Assembly (NCBI RefSeq): GCF_001194135.2
Contig: NC_068990.1
Span: 53,063,545-53,127,544 of the forward strand
From: Octopus bimaculoides
Taxonomy: Eukaryota
Direction of reading: 5' to 3'
Length of the DNA stretch: 64,000 bases
The notes below the pieces were generated by a model. That model did not search any database, was not told the DNA's origin, and saw only the letters and a program-made list of their open reading frames with translations. The position numbers and the translations under genes were made by a program. Shown piece after piece: positions 1-13,882 of this stretch (within the stretch, counting starts at the first letter, position 1; each line of letters starts with the position of its first letter).

Positions 1-300
1 ATTGACATTACACATCCAACGGAGCATACTGGCTTCATTCCTTGCGAGCTTACGTATGTCCTCAGCAGTTACAGCCCATGTTTCACTGCCATGTAGCATG
101 GTTGTTCGTACGCATGCGTCATACAGTCTGCCTTTTACTCTGAGTGAGAGTCCCTTTGTCGCCAGCAGGGGTAAGAGCTCTCTAAACTTTGCCCAGGCTA
201 TTCTTATTCTAGCAGCTACACTTTCAGCGCACCCACCCCCACTACTAACTTGGTCGCCCAGATAGCGGAAGCTATCGACTACCTCTAGTTTTTCACCCTG
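1..300 (-). mobile_element. RTE-clade LINE fragment (region C-terminal to RT)
   Basis: Minus-strand translation gives RIRIAWAKFRELLPLLATKGLSLRVKGRLYDACVRTTMLHGSETWAVTAED..., typical RTE LINE sequence. The same family occurs at 59570-60100. Confidence 0.85.
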
Positions 301-664
301 GAATGAGATAGAAGTTGTTTCCATAGTTTAAATGTACAGAAAACAAAAGACTGAGACAAGCAAATGTTGTGAAAGATATTCAGTACTAATTTTGACTCTA
401 TGTAATGAAATATTTGGTTTGAAGAATTGAATATATTTTCTTTTGATTTCTTTGAAATTCAGTATATTGCAGTAAATTCTCTCTTGTGAATAGTCACTAA
501 CTAACCCCAATAGTCGACCAATATCTATCCATCCATTATGTATTAATTATCTGTTGTTAATGACTGTTTTTCATGGCCACACTTTTCCACTAATCTTACC
601 CTCCACTTATTATTTCTTTCTTACAACTCAACATTGGACTCCAATATTCCAGCGAGAAAATGGC

Positions 665-790
665 ATTGAGTTGGTCAAATCATTAGCATGCTGGGCGAAA
701 TGCTTCGCAGCATTTTGTTCATCTTCATGTTCTGAGTTCAAATTCCCCCAAAATGACTGGCCTTGTACCAAAATTTGAAACTAGTATTTC
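665..790 (+). mobile_element. tRNA-derived SINE, family A (partial)
   Basis: aatcattagcatgctgggcgaaatgctt...ttctgagttcaaattcc head shared with many copies in the window. Confidence 0.7.
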
Positions 791-1689
791 ATAGACCAGA
801 AACAATATTTACAACTGGCCCACTACATTCTTTCAATCAACATTGCTACCTATATAGATATGGTTTACACATTTACCAAAATGAGGAAGCTTCACTGCTT
901 TTCACTCTTTTTTGTCGACTTATTTTTGTTTTTTCTTCTGTTAGGTCAGAGTGACATAAGAATCTATTGTTGTGTTTTCAAGCCACCCTTACAGACAGCT
1001 GCATTATTGTACTTCTAACATAACTGAGAAATATTTCTTCATTATTGTTACAATACTTCAGTTGCAGTAGTAATATTATCATTGAAATTAACGTGGCCAG
1101 CCTCACATAACAAAACACGTTTTTACATTTTTTTCTTTGTTTTATTATTTTATGTCATTCAATATGCTCATTTCCTTTATTTGTCTATATATCTATCTGC
1201 TTCCCCCCTCCCCTTGTAAATGGTTTATAATTTAGCATCTCTTTCATAATACGCAATGCTAACTTACCAAATTCTTGAAGAATTTTATTATCTACCTGAA
1301 TAAACCCATTATTTAAAACAGATAGCTTTTATGACTTCAGGGTTCTTTTTAAGGAAGGAGTTTCCCTTTCTATTATTTCTGATAGCAGCAGCTAATAAAA
1401 TATCTCGGTTCAGTAGTTGATTGGTAGAACCAGAATGGTAGAACCCATCAATTCTACCATCCTGGTTCTGGCTAATATATTTACTTCTCTTTGTCTATTA
1501 CACCTCTATCTATGTTTTTGTCATTAATTCCAAACTCTATAGTTTTGAGTTCAGACACCATCCAAGTTGATCGCACCCCCACCCCACCCGTCCATCAATA
1601 CAATAAGTTTGATTGATTCAACTGGATATCAATCGATGTAGAATTATTGTCACCTGTTTCATTGTTGTTGTCATTATCAGTAATAATAA

Positions 1690-1860
1690 TAGTAATAATG
1701 ATTTCTAATTTAGATGCAAGGCCAGCAGTTTATCAATCCTGGAGAGTGATGTAAGGCAAAGTTGATATTGGAGGGATTTGAACTCCAAATGTAAAGAGTC
1801 AAGAAATATCACAAAGCATTTTGTTTGATGCTCTAATGATTTTGTCACTCAACCACTCTC
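1690..1860 (-). mobile_element. SINE family A (decayed)
   Basis: Reverse complement of the family A body (aaggcaaagttga...atttgaactc) next to an (AAT)n tract. Confidence 0.6.
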
Positions 1861-1940
1861 ACCAGTTTTTATAATGATTTCTGACATTAATACCAGACCA
1901 TGCAAGTTGTATGCACAAAAAAAAATATAAGCAGTAGAAA

Positions 1941-2936
1941 TATCATGTTGAGTAAAAAGTAAGAAACATTTTGCACCATGAAAAATTTGTACGAGATTTT
2001 TGCAGAGTTTTGAATTTTTTTCAACATTTTTGGCAATTGTCTGATAATACAGATATAGAGTTGCCTAAATGCATCAATAAATTAACATTGATATCTTTTT
2101 CACTGTTGTTACAATCATCAGAAATGGAACTTTCAAAGTGCGATATTCGAGCAGTTATGCTATTCAACTTTAAAAAAGGATGTAAAGCAGCTTAAACTGC
2201 TCGTGATATCAGCAAAACATTTGGTGAGGAAATGACCAGTGCGTGGTCAGCTCAAAAATGGTTTAAACAATTTTGCAGTGGAGACCTGAGCCTTGAAGAT
2301 CGCGAGCATATTGGATACCTATTTGTCATTGATGACGGTCAATTAAAGACCGTCATTGAGAAAGATTCACGTAAAACCATTCGAGAACTAGGAAAAGAGC
2401 TTCAAGTTAGCCAGAAAACTGCCTGCAACCATTTGCATTTGATTGGAAAATCAAAGAAGCTCAACAAATGGGTACCACACGATTTGAATGAAAATTAGAA
2501 AGTGCACAGATATGAAATTTGCTCATCACTTCTCCGTAACTAGACTGATCCACTTCTCGACTGTATTGTAACTTTCGATGAAAAGTGGATTCTGTACAAT
2601 AATGAAAAACGTTCTTCACAGTGGTTGGACCGAAAACCTTCCCCAAACCCGAGCTCTTCAAAAAGAAGGTTATGATGACTGTTTGGTGGTGTACTGCTGG
2701 ATTCATCCCCTATAACTTAAAACCCAAACAAAAACATTACTGTAGAAACATATTACCATGAAATTGCCAAATAGGTGCAGAAGTGGGTGTGTGGTAAGTA
2801 GCTTGCTTACCAACCACATGGTTCCGGGTTCAGTCCCACTGCATGGCACCTTGTGCAAGTGTCTTCTACTATATCTTCGGGCCGACCAAAGCCTTGTGAG
2901 TGGATTTGGTAGACGGAAACTGAAAGAAGCCCATTG

Positions 2937-2986
<50 letters not shown>

Positions 2987-3565
2987 GGTGTTTGTCCCCC
3001 CAACATCGCTTGACAACCGATGCTGGTGTGTTTACGTCCCTGTAACTTAGTGGTTTGACAAAAAAGACTGGTAGAATAAGTACTAGGCTTACAGAGAATA
3101 AGTCCTGGGGTCGATTTGCTCGACTAAAGGTGGTGCTCCAGCATGGCCACAGTCAAATGACTGAAACAAGTAAAAGAGTAAAAGAGTAAAAAATGAATGC
3201 AAAACTGCTACTCCATCCCAGACTGGACAACAGAAGTTGAGGGAACTTAACTACGAAGTTCTTCCCTACCCAGCTTATTTCCCAGACCTTTCTCCTACCG
3301 ACTACCACTTTTTCAAGCACCTTGATGGTTTCCTGCGAGAGAAAGAGTTAAAAAATCAAACGAATGCTGAAAGTGCATGCAAAGAGTGCATCAACTCCAG
3401 AACTTCAGATTTTTATGTTACCAGAATAAACAAACTTGTAACTCATTGGCAAAAAATGTGTTGATTGTAACCGTACTTACTTTGATGAATAAAATTACCA
3501 CATTGAAATATATTATGATGAATTTCATGTTCCAAAATGTTACTTACTTTTTACTCTGCCTGATA
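1941..3565 (+). mobile_element. mariner transposon (Hsmar1/cecropia-like), degenerate, interrupted by a SINE
   Basis: TIRs TATCATGTTGAGTAAAAAGTAAGAAACATTTTG (1941-1973) and its near reverse complement (3533-3565). Transposase pieces KWFKQFCSGDLSLED, KWVPHDL, TFDEKWILY and YFPDLSPTDYHFFKHLDGFL are broken by stops and frameshifts. Confidence 0.92.
2773..3195 (+). mobile_element. tRNA-derived SINE, family B, inserted in the mariner
   Basis: tRNA-like head (tggtaagtagcttgc...ggttcagtcc), accttgtgcaagtgtcttct CORE-like segment, internal (TG)n and gagtaaaa tail; splits the mariner ORF. Confidence 0.85.
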
Positions 3566-4292
3566 GTTATCTTGATGCAAATATGTCCATTGTGACACAA
3601 TGTTTTTAACCCTTTTGATCCCACCTGAGACTAGCCATGCTTCATAACACAAGTGATTTGCTTCAAAGTGATTTAAACTAAAGACCTCCCTAAAAATTTC
3701 ACTTCAGTTTATGTTCCAAAAACTAACTTAACAAATGACAGTTATGTTACTAAATTTTTCATTATTTTCAAAATTAATTGAAATAAAGGCAGTGTATTTT
3801 AAAAGGAATATGGTATTTAAAGTGTTAAGATATTGGTGCATCATGATTGTATTGGGAAATATATTCAAATTTTTGGTCTCATATTGTTTTATTGTTTTAA
3901 AACTTTATCATAGTGACGAACGAGTGAGGTTGAACCTAGCACCTATGTCAACAAAAACTTCACTTTGTGTTAATTTATTAAGTTTCTGGTTGATATTGGA
4001 TTAAATGTGTTACCTATTAACCATCAACCAATTGATTAGTTATTGGCTGTCACTTTGTGATGATAATTTGTCATGAATGTTTTGAACTGCCAACCTTTGT
4101 GATATTAAAACTCACTTCTTTTTGCATAAGAAAAACAACAAGCCAGCTGTTGTTGTGTTTCTACTTATTTTCCTAAACTGCCATGTTTAAGGTTGGTAGA
4201 TAATATACAAAGGCATTTAGTCTTAACAAGTTTTACTTTGAATGGTTCTTTTAAAAAGTCACTTCACAGGATCACAATGTTGAGAGAAAAAG

Positions 4293-5187
4293 TAAGAGAT
4301 GATATCAAAAGGTTTCTGGACTAGCTATGTTTAATAAAAAGTAACTTATTTACCCAAGTTTTAACACCTTCTCCAAAATAGTTACCTTGTGCAGCAATAC
4401 ACCAGTCACAGCATTCCTGTCACTTTTGGAATCTGACCTGGAAGTCATTTTCTGTAAGCAAGTCAAGTATCTTTTGTAATTTGCTCTGGATCCTGAAAAC
4501 AGTGTTAAAACATCAACCTTTGTGCTGCATTTTCATCTTGACAAAGAGATGGAAGTTTGCAGGTGTGAAATCTGGTGGAGGTGATACCAAGTTGTTTTTG
4601 GTGAGAAACTCATGAGTGAGGATAGCTTGGTAACATTGTTGTCATGAAGAATTCGATTCTTTGTGCTACACAGTTCCAGTTGCTTTTGCTGAATGTCCTC
4701 CCTAAAATGCTTCAAAATATCACAGTAGAACTCTTGATTGATGGTCTGGTTGTTAAGGATGAATTCTTGATGCACAATACCACATTTCTAGGGGTGATGC
4801 TCATGGCAGGTCTTCCAGATTGCTTGTTGCCTTCTAGGGATGTTCTGCCACTTTTGAAGTGCCTGTGCCACTCGGAACCTTGCATATGACTCATTGCCTC
4901 ATCACCATAAGCTTGCTGAAGCATGCTTAATGTCTCTGTAGCAGACTTTCAAGTTTAATGCAAAATTTCACATTGGTTCTTTGATCCTGTCCATGATGAA
5001 ATCGCAGACTACAGCAAACACATGATCACAAGAGCACCAATTGCATAACTTGCGAAGTAAACACAGCAATATCACTAGGCACGCTGCTTCGTGGTCATTG
5101 TTAGCTCTTTCTGCACATGCAATCATGAGTTGTCATCTATTTGCACACCACAGAACTAGTCTGGGGACTTTTTGATACCATCTCATA
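4293..5187 (-). mobile_element. mariner transposon, internally deleted/degenerate
   Basis: TIR pair (taagagatgatatcaaaaggtttctggactag / ctagtctggggactttttgataccatctcata); minus-strand fragments MLQQAYGDEAMS..WHRHFKSGRTSLE and ILHDNN. Confidence 0.88.
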
Positions 5188-6227
5188 TTACCTTAGATCT
5201 GAAGGCTAGAAGCAAGAATAGAAAAGGGCGAAAGTACTTGATGACATTCTATCATTGTTGCATGGTGTGTATGTGTGTTGATGTACAAAAGCATCTGTAC
5301 TTAGGGTATCAATTGTAGTGCTTGGATCAAATATTATACAGAAAAACCTTTGACGGTAAATGCTAGTTCAGTACTTTTTTATATTATGGTATTCAATTTT
5401 CCATCAGAATTGACTTTTATCCCTTTTATCCTTCTCTGAAGAAATGCTATAAATATCAATGATATATTGCATCCAATAATAAGTTATGATGTCACCCTTG
5501 TTTCCTTTACAAAGGTTTTGTGATTACAAAACAAAAAAAAACAAAAAAATGTCCATATCAAGAGTTTAAGCTGTGGTTTCATTTGAATGTTTTTTTTTCC
5601 TTTTATTTTTGTTTGGTAGATTGCATTTAATAAGAATTGTCTCTTTACAAATAACAATTCCAATAAGCTTGTCAGTTATAAAATTTGATGATTTTAAGGC
5701 TGACCTGATGGATAGGTTGGTGGGGTGCTGCCAAAGTATGGAAAAGCATTTTTATTGCTAATTGAGTAATCTTAGGAGGTTTTTCTTTTTTGTATGTCGA
5801 AAGTGTTAAGACCTATTTCATGATAAGGAATTTGGAGATTTGTCTTGAAAATCTCACCTGCTTGTTTCTATCTCCAAGCCAACAAGGGAAATTTCTTCAA
5901 ACTTTTTTCTCACAATAAGTGTTCAGTGAATTAGAAAAGACTGTCTGCTGAAGAATGATGTCAGAAAGACCATAGGTATTCTATCAATTGTCTACGCTAC
6001 TTTCTTTTAGAGGAGTTAAAAAAGGAGAAAAAGAAGTGAGCCATCGGCAGTAGGTGGTAAATTGTTAATTGCAAATTGTTAACAGAGCAAATTTCAGTGT
6101 TTATTTTGAGTGTACAAGGCTAATTTTGTCCTGCAAAAGTTTACAGCAGATTATATAGACCCCAATGCATTATCGACACATTTTTATTCCCTATGGTAAG
6201 ATTGAAACCTCCTCTGTATAGCTACCA

Positions 6228-6299
6228 CAGGCATATGGCATAGTGGTTAAGAGTGCGGGCTATTAACCCCAAGATTCTGAGTTCTATTCCAGGCAGTGA

Positions 6300-6334
<35 letters not shown>

Positions 6335-6475
6335 TTGAAAAATATGTTAGGAATGAGAACTCAGGTTCAAAATTTCCCCAAGACACCTGATGAAGGCTGG
6401 AGGGTATATCAGCTGAAACGTGTTAACAACAAACAAGATGAGGACAAATATCCGTCAAATGTAAATAATGTAGAT
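6228..6475 (+). mobile_element. tRNA-headed SINE with Penelope-type (hammerhead-bearing) 3' tail, single copy
   Basis: A-box-like tggcatagtggtt, B-box-like gagttctattcc, (AAT)n, then gacac-CTGATGA-a-ggctg..cagct-GAAAC. Same family as both arms of 50108-50607. Confidence 0.8.
6382..6424 (+). ncRNA. degenerate minimal hammerhead ribozyme
   Basis: CTGATGA core, stem II GGCTG/CAGCT and GAAAC are present, but 3 nt are missing around the cleavage triplet relative to the 50477 copy; probably inactive. Confidence 0.55.
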
Positions 6476-6952
6476 TTCTTTTTATTCCTATTTTTCACTC
6501 TATTCTCCATATATTTGTATGGTTTGTCTTGGTTTTCTTTGCAGCTGTTTTCAATAAAATGAACATGTCCAACTTTATCTTATTGCTGAGAGTTATTTGT
6601 AAATAATACTTAGTTTGGGTTTGATGTCTATAAATAATTCCTTTATCAAGAAATGAAAATATCTCTCTATGAGAAAAATCTTAATGTAAAACTCCTTTCA
6701 GATCTTTGTCTGGAATTGTTACTTTCCTTGTAATCCATTCTTCAGGTAATTCCATTTCTTCTCAATGTTCTGCCACAAGTTTTTGTCATTCAGCAGAGAT
6801 TGTTCAGTAACTGAGATTTTTAGTTCTCCAGAGTTTTGCTCTTTGCTTTACTTTTGAGTTTACCCTAGTTTACTCCCCACCCCTCAGTTTTTATATAACC
6901 TCATCTATTTAGCATTTTGTCTCTTTGCCATAAAAACTATTATCTAGTTTCA

Positions 6953-9549
6953 TCTGTATATCTATAAAAGGCAGGATGTGTGTGTGTGTGTGTACGTGAA
7001 TGTAATTTATGCATGTCCACAAATTAGCATGCATGTCATTCCAATTTTAGGAGGACATTCATCACAACCCTAGCTCAGTTATGTCAACTTATTTTTCCCG
7101 AGACTTCCTTGGATAGCGGTAAAAATTGATCTTCATCCATAACTTTTACCAATTTTCACATCGATGAAATCCATTGTTTGCAAACACGAGTTAAGTTCCC
7201 TGCAATGGCGACTATTATATAGAAAAACAACGATAAACTATTTCGTTTTTGGATTTGGTTTGCAAGATTCTTTATGTGAGTTCATGTGGTCTGAAAGAAA
7301 TATATATATAGTTTTAATTATACAGAAAAACAAAGATGAACCGCTCTGTAAGAAATGTATATATATATATAGTATATTTATATATTTAATTTTTCTATAT
7401 ATTTCATTTTAAATGAAATTTTGAATGTTAGATAATTAATGTTTGTTTATTCAATTAGAAAGCAAAAACCTAATGATGATGTAATTAGCAACTAACACAT
7501 TTTGTTTCTTAATTTAATATTTAAATTCTTTATTTGACTGTTATTTTCAGCCACAACATACTTATTTATATCTGTTTATGAAATTCTCTGTACGTACTTT
7601 TGCTTTCTTGGCAGTCAAAGCAAATCGATGACTTCGTGCTATAGTCGTTTTTCTTCCTATGTGATTTAAAGCATTTTTTGATATGTGGCATTTCAACATT
7701 AGAAACGAGTTCCGAACAAGCTATTCAAGTTCGGTGAAACTTATCTCCTGCCACTCAAAACAACAACTCAAATGGGACAAAGAGTACACGCATCACAACA
7801 ACAACACCAAGTGTGTATTTGTATTTGTGTGTGTGTAGACTTACAATATATTCCTATTGTTAAGAAAATTCTACACAATCATTCAATAAAACTCAAATGG
7901 GATAAAGAGTACACAGTTTATCTGCCCAAACAGTGCAACGGGACCTGCTTGGTAGTCAAGTCCCTGATGCCCTACTTTATTGAGGCCACCATTGTTACGG
8001 GGTATGGGAGGGGGGAAAAGTTTTCATTTCAAGGATGCACTTTTATCCCTCGGTGTCAGACATGCTGTTTATCATCTGCAGATCACCATGTCCATCAACA
8101 AATCTCACTTTCAGAGGCGGTCATCCATTTAGAGGAGCCATGCTTTTCACATGGGCAACTTTATGTGGCCTGCTCCTACGTGGGGAGTAGAAATGCTCTT
8201 TTTGTGTATTCTCCACAGGGCAGAACATGCAATGTTGTCAATAGCAAGGTTTTATAGACATAGAAAGAAGAACAAGTCATCACTGCAGCCTATGCGGTTA
8301 TAAACAGGTGATCCGGAAGAATTAGCCGGACATATTCTCAAACCATGGCAACATGACTCATGTACTCTTCCTCTTCTTTATTGGACAATGCTGACTTCTC
8401 TGACAACAATGCTCACTCGGCCAATAGTGCTTGGCCAAGTTGCTCATAGAGTTAGGCTAGAAGGGCCAGGCCCCTTATTTTTTTGTTAAGTGTTTCTAAG
8501 TTACTCCAATCCGGATCCGCAATGCAAACCTTCAAATCAACCTTCTCCAATGCAGATCTCTAATGCAACCTTATCCAATCCAAATCTTTGAGTCAACCTT
8601 CTTCACTACAGATCTTCAATGAAAACCTTTGATGCATCCTTATCTAATGCAAACATTCGATGCAACCTTCTCTAATGAATATTTTCGATGCAGCCTTGAC
8701 TGATAGTACACCTAGGAGGGGTTAAGACTAGATTGGGATTAGTTGCTGCCTTTTAGAGGCCCCCGGGCCCCCCTTTCGCTAGATTAGCTTAGGCTTAGGT
8801 TAAGGCTTAGTTGTGATCCGAACATAATCTCTTCTAACACAGAGGATTGGGAGCGCTTTTGAGCATTCTATTTTCTTTGCCGGAAGGGCTCCCAACCCAT
8901 TGTCCAAGGGAGGGTTAGATAATGGGGGTAGGGTTCAAAAGAGCCGGTATGTGCAACCTGATCACCTCTGCTGGTCAAACCCCCAACACAAGCATTCCCG
9001 TCATGAGAATGAGTCTGCAGAACTGGGTTGGGTATGAAAACCAACTTTAAAGTATAAATATAGATGTTTTGAATCAGCAATGTTGTGTTTGGTTAAGTCC
9101 TATTTGGGGTGAAAAATCAATAAACTGATTCCTTATGGGGTTTTCCATTCAATCAGGATGAAAAATTGATAAACCAATTCCTTATAGGATTTCCCACTAA
9201 AATTGGCCACACCCCATTTTCAACCATAACGTTTACCAGTTTTGTTCAAACTTGATGCCAGCATTACTTAGAACTCACGGGATCTTTGAATGCTTTAAAT
9301 TCTCAAATAAAAAAAAACAAAAAAAAAGAACAACAAAAAAATCCACGAGTGGAAAAAAATCAATAAAACAATCCCTTATGGATTTCCCAAACAAATTGTC
9401 TGCAACCTATTTTCAGTCAAATGTTTACCAATTTCAACAGATTTTGCCCAAATTTGACGTCGCTGTTACTTAGTTTGGTTTGAAGCAAAGCGCTTGATTA
9501 GCTTAATAATCCTAACTTAATCCCGGGCAGCGCCAGGCTATACTGCTAG
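6953..9549 (+). mobile_element. non-autonomous Helitron carrying a PIF1-helicase C-terminal remnant
   Basis: A|TC 5' end at 6953. The 3' end has a GC hairpin-like segment cccgggcagcgccagg and CTAG|T at 9546-9550. ORF 7772-8257 contains CNGT.LVV, IEATIVTG.G.GE and EPCFSHGQLYVACS.V motifs of Helitron RepHel helicase. Confidence 0.88.
8521..8700. repeat. degenerate 28-bp tandem repeat inside the Helitron (~6 units)
   Basis: aatgcaaaccttcaaatcaaccttctcc / aatgcagatctctaatgcaaccttatcc / aatccaaatctttgagtcaaccttcttc ... Confidence 0.7.
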
Positions 9550-10087
9550 TCCTTCTTATAAAGATTATGAAATCACTTTTTAATTTTTCTCTGTCTCCTT
9601 CCATTTTTTTTCAGTGGCAATTTTTTTTGCACCCTCTGCTCAGAAATTATAAATAATTGCCCTTTCCAATGTTCTTGCTTTGTCTTATAAACCTGCAAAC
9701 GAGTGTGTCTATTCATCTATTTACTCACTTACACACACACACACACATGCACATTACTGTGTGATCAATTATCACAACAAATATCATAGTTGCTTCTCAG
9801 AAGTACTGCAGATTGTAGTAACAACAATTACTGCTACACTACAAGTAACAACAACAGATCTGTAGCCTTATTATTGCCAACAGTTTCTTTCTACACTTTT
9901 AGTCTACTCGTATTATTTACACACGTCTTCACACACAGTAAATACTCCTAAAACACACACACACACACACACTGACATGTCAGAAGATCTACATTTAAGT
10001 TATTTTCTGTTTCTATATCCCCCCCACCCACCATATGCAAAACTCATTACTTTATCATTATTCAACCAATAAGCTCAATGAATTTAC

Positions 10088-10473
10088 ATAATCATCATCA
10101 TCATCGTCATCATCGTCGTTTAACATCCGCTTTCCATGCTAGCATGAGTTGGACGATTTAACTGAGGACTGGTGGACCAGGAGGCTGCACCAGGCTCAAT
10201 CTGATTTGGCAGAGTTTCTACAGCTGGATGCCCTTCCTAACGCCAACCACTCCGAGAGTGTAGTGGGTGCTTTTATGTACCACCGGCACGAAGGCGAGTC
10301 AGGCGTTACTGGCAACAGCCGCACTCGAAATAGTGTATTTTACGTGCCACCTGCACAGGAGCCAGTCCATTGGAACTGGCAACGATCTCGCTTGAATATC
10401 TTTTCACGTGCCACTGGCACAAGTGCCAAGAAGGCGACTTTGGTAACGATCACGCTGGTGCTATTTATGTGCC
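10088..10473 (-). mobile_element. RTE 3' end / RTE-derived SINE with (GAT)n tail and start of the ~65-bp repeat array
   Basis: Reverse complement of the 60330-61200 sequence (ctacagctggatgcccttcc, ttttacgtgccac); runs into an N gap. Confidence 0.8.
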
Positions 10474-10573
10474 NNNNNNNNNNNNNNNNNNNNNNNNNNN
10501 NNNNNNNNNNNNNNNNNNNNNNNNNNNNNNNNNNNNNNNNNNNNNNNNNNNNNNNNNNNNNNNNNNNNNNNNN
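10474..10573. other. assembly gap (100 N)
   Basis: N run. Confidence 1.
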
Positions 10574-10669
10574 CTATCATAAATCAAACACAGATTTGTA
10601 TTTTTCATATATTTCTACCAAAATTCTTTATTTATTATCAATACTTTTAGTCTCTATACATATTATAAA

Positions 10670-10870
10670 TCATCATCATTTAGCATCTTTTGTCCATTCT
10701 GGCATGGGTTGAACAGTTTGATCAGAGCTGGAAAGCTGGAGATCTGCACCAGGCTACAGTCTGATTTGGTGTGATTTCTACAGTTGGATGCCCTTTCTAA
10801 TGGCAACCATTTTACAGAGTGTTTTGGGTGTTTTTACGTGGCATGACGTGTGCTTTTATGTGGCACCATA
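10670..10870 (-). mobile_element. second RTE 3'-end fragment
   Basis: catcatcatttagcatc...ctacagttggatgccctttc, same family as 10088-10473. Confidence 0.7.
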
Positions 10871-10939
10871 GTACTTATAATAATAATTATTATTGGTATT
10901 CCCAGAGAAATATAACAGTGATAACAATAATAGTAATAA

Positions 10940-11150
10940 TCATAGTTTCTAATTTAGGCACAAAGCTAGCAATTTTGAGGGGAGGGGATTAGTCAATACC
11001 ATTGACCCCAGTATTTAACTGGTTCTTTATTTTACTGACCTTCAGGGGATGAAAGGCAAAGTTAGCCCTGGTGGGATTTGAACTTGGAATATGAAGAGCT
11101 AGAAGAAATCCCACAAGGCATATTTATGTGAAGTTTTAATAACTCTATCA
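10940..11150 (-). mobile_element. SINE family A
   Basis: Reverse-complement family A body (gatgaaaggcaaagtt...atttgaac) flanked by (AAT)-like tracts. Confidence 0.7.
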
Positions 11151-11508
11151 ATCATTATGTTATTATCATGACTGGGAAGTATATAAATAGTGGAATATTC
11201 CGAATGGAAGAGAGAAAACATTTCTATTTAGTTTTAGAAAATGATTTAGTTTTCTGGTTCTACAATCAGCTTTTTGGTATTGCTGATTTAATTTATCTCT
11301 TCAAAATACAAAAATCTGAAAATGGAACCCTTTCATACTAAGAATTTTGAAGAGGAAGGATAAAAAAAAAAATGCTACATGAAGTAGAATGAAATTTGAG
11401 TGGCTGCCTAGTAGATCTTTAGTCAGATAAAATATAGTATATAGTTTATTTTTAAATTTTGAAATCCCTACATTAGCAAAGAAAAGCGCCAGTTACAAAG
11501 ACAAATAG

Positions 11509-11549
<41 letters not shown>

Positions 11550-11932
11550 TTTAGCTGAATGGATGTTAGAAGTGTGTACTATGAAATTGTTGATGGATCA
11601 GGTAATGACTGATAGAAGTGTGTTTGTATTGTAATCATCATGAATGATGATTGATGGGTAAGATAAATTTGGTGAGATAAATTTGGTAAGATAAATTTGG
11701 CATAATTAAATCAGGTGACATCAGTATGGTATATATTTTATTAACTTTAGAGAAATGAAATTAAGTGAACACTTTGCAGAACTGAAAACGTGGAGAACCA
11801 AAGCAAGATAGTAAAGCACTGCAACATTCCTATAACTCTGCTGAGATTTTGCAAGCAGTTCTTTATATGATAAAACCTGAAAGCCTTGAACTTGTGAGAA
11901 GTTGTTGATTTTATTTTGGCTAAGGTTGCAGT

Positions 11933-11963
<31 letters not shown>

Positions 11964-13844
11964 CCTATCATCTTTGGGTTCATGTTAAATACTCCATTAC
12001 TTCATTTAACAGAGTTCTTTGATTCTTTTATTGGGTCTCTCATTCAGCATATGTGGTGCCTGACTCTTCTCTCATATGCAATGATTAAAACTAGAAGGTT
12101 TTATCTCTGGTGTACACAGCAACACTTTTACATAGAGTGGAGTTTCAGAATTGAAAGGGAGCAAGTGCTAGAAGTGGAGTGGTGTGGAGTAATGTTTGAG
12201 TAGATTGTGTAACCAAGTAACAGAGTGGAGAGGTGACATGAAGAAAATTGGCATCAGCGTGGATCAAGTGTGAAGTAAGTCAAGTTGAGCAGATGTAAGC
12301 AATTTATTGAAGAGGTGTATGTGTGTGTGTGTGTGTGTGTGTTTTGTTTACTGTTACTTCTTCAATCTTCATTCTTCCCCAAGTAGTTGGAAGGAATCCA
12401 GTTAAAGATAGGGAGATGATATTATAGAAGTGGGAGAGAATAGTGAGGTGATGCTGTCTCAAAGGGAATCTAGGCTTATGGTCTTCTTATGCTTTGTTTG
12501 TTATATTTCTTTCAATATTTTGTTTCTATTTTTATCATTTTTGCATTGTTTTTGTTCTCTCTATTTGTGTACTTTGTTTTGGGTTTTGAGGACTGGATTT
12601 AATTACAAGTTCTACTAACCTTTACCCAAAGGGTATCTTATATTGGGGGAGGGATGAAGTAGAAAGATTCTATAGCTATTTGTTTGTTTAAAGTGAGATG
12701 CACTTATTGTTTGTTTGTGTTATACACCTAATATTATTGTTTATTTGTTTATTATATATATCTAGAAATTTTTTGGGTGGTGGAAGAGAAACAAAGTTGA
12801 GGAGGAATACAAATAATGAGGGGTGAAAATAAAAATGGTATATGCAATGGTATATAGAACTGAAAATTGTAAACATTTTACCACCACTGCCAATTTTATC
12901 CCTAAAATAAAGATGTTTTAATGCATTTCCCGAATAAACCCAGTTTGTTGTGGTTTTGCTTTCAGTATCACTGTTTGGTCATCAGTATCTTTAGCAAAGT
13001 TTACTCTGTTGCATACTCTGGGACCATTCACCTGGTTCTCTCTCTGTCTATATTTTTACCACAGCCATCAGTCTGCAGATCTTCAAGCTAGACATCAACC
13101 ACACCAGTTTTACCAGTCTGGAAAGATCTTCTAGGTGTGATGGTCACTGTCTCTCATCCTCTGGCTGATTTATTATAAAACAAAAATTTGTTACCAATTT
13201 TTACCAATTATTTCTGACATGGGTAGAGGGCCTGAATAAAATAACAGAAGGATGCATTACAAAATGTAATACCTGATATACAACAAGATGGATTGCCATG
13301 ACTAGAAGCCTTTCATTGTAATTCTGCTTAAAGATGAAGTAAAGTCCCTCATATCATATGCTCTGCCATCTTAAAAATAGGAGGGATACATTGGACAATG
13401 GTACACTAAATGACAGGATGGTCACAGTTGTAATGCCTTTTATCTATAGATCTGTTTTATCAGTGTTATCTTATCAACAAGAACTAGAATATTCATCATT
13501 ATTATGTAATGTCCAATTTTCCGTGGTTGCACAGGTCAGATGAAATTTACTGAGGCAGATTTTCAACAGCTGAATATGCTTCCTGTCACCAACCCTCACC
13601 TGTTTCCAAGGAAGGTAATGTTTCCCTATGGCCAAACTCAGTGCTGTAGTAGAAGATACTCGGCCAAGGTGCCATGCAATGAGACTGAACTTAAGATCAC
13701 ATTATTAGGAAGGGAGTTTCTTAACCACACACTCATCCTTGCAACTATTATGTTGGTTGTGTTTCTGTGTAGGTGAACATAGAACACCCACCCTACAAAA
13801 TGCTACCTTTAAGATAGTATATTAGTGTGTGTGTGTCTGTGTGA

Positions 13845-13882
<38 letters not shown>

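Noticed and set aside
6228-6305. tRNA gene (also 50330-50405)
   Set aside because: The anticodon stem has only ~3 bp, there is no proper acceptor stem, and it is fused to a repeat tail, so it is a SINE head.
8780-8812. Telomeric repeat
   Set aside because: Only 3-4 imperfect TTAGGC/T units inside a Helitron.
11655-11700. 14-bp triple repeat (ggtaagataaattt)
   Set aside because: Short local tandem duplication with no further structure.
12960-13170. Plus-strand exon at 13066-13135
   Set aside because: Weak GTGTGA donor; the sequence more likely represents a decayed LINE fragment.
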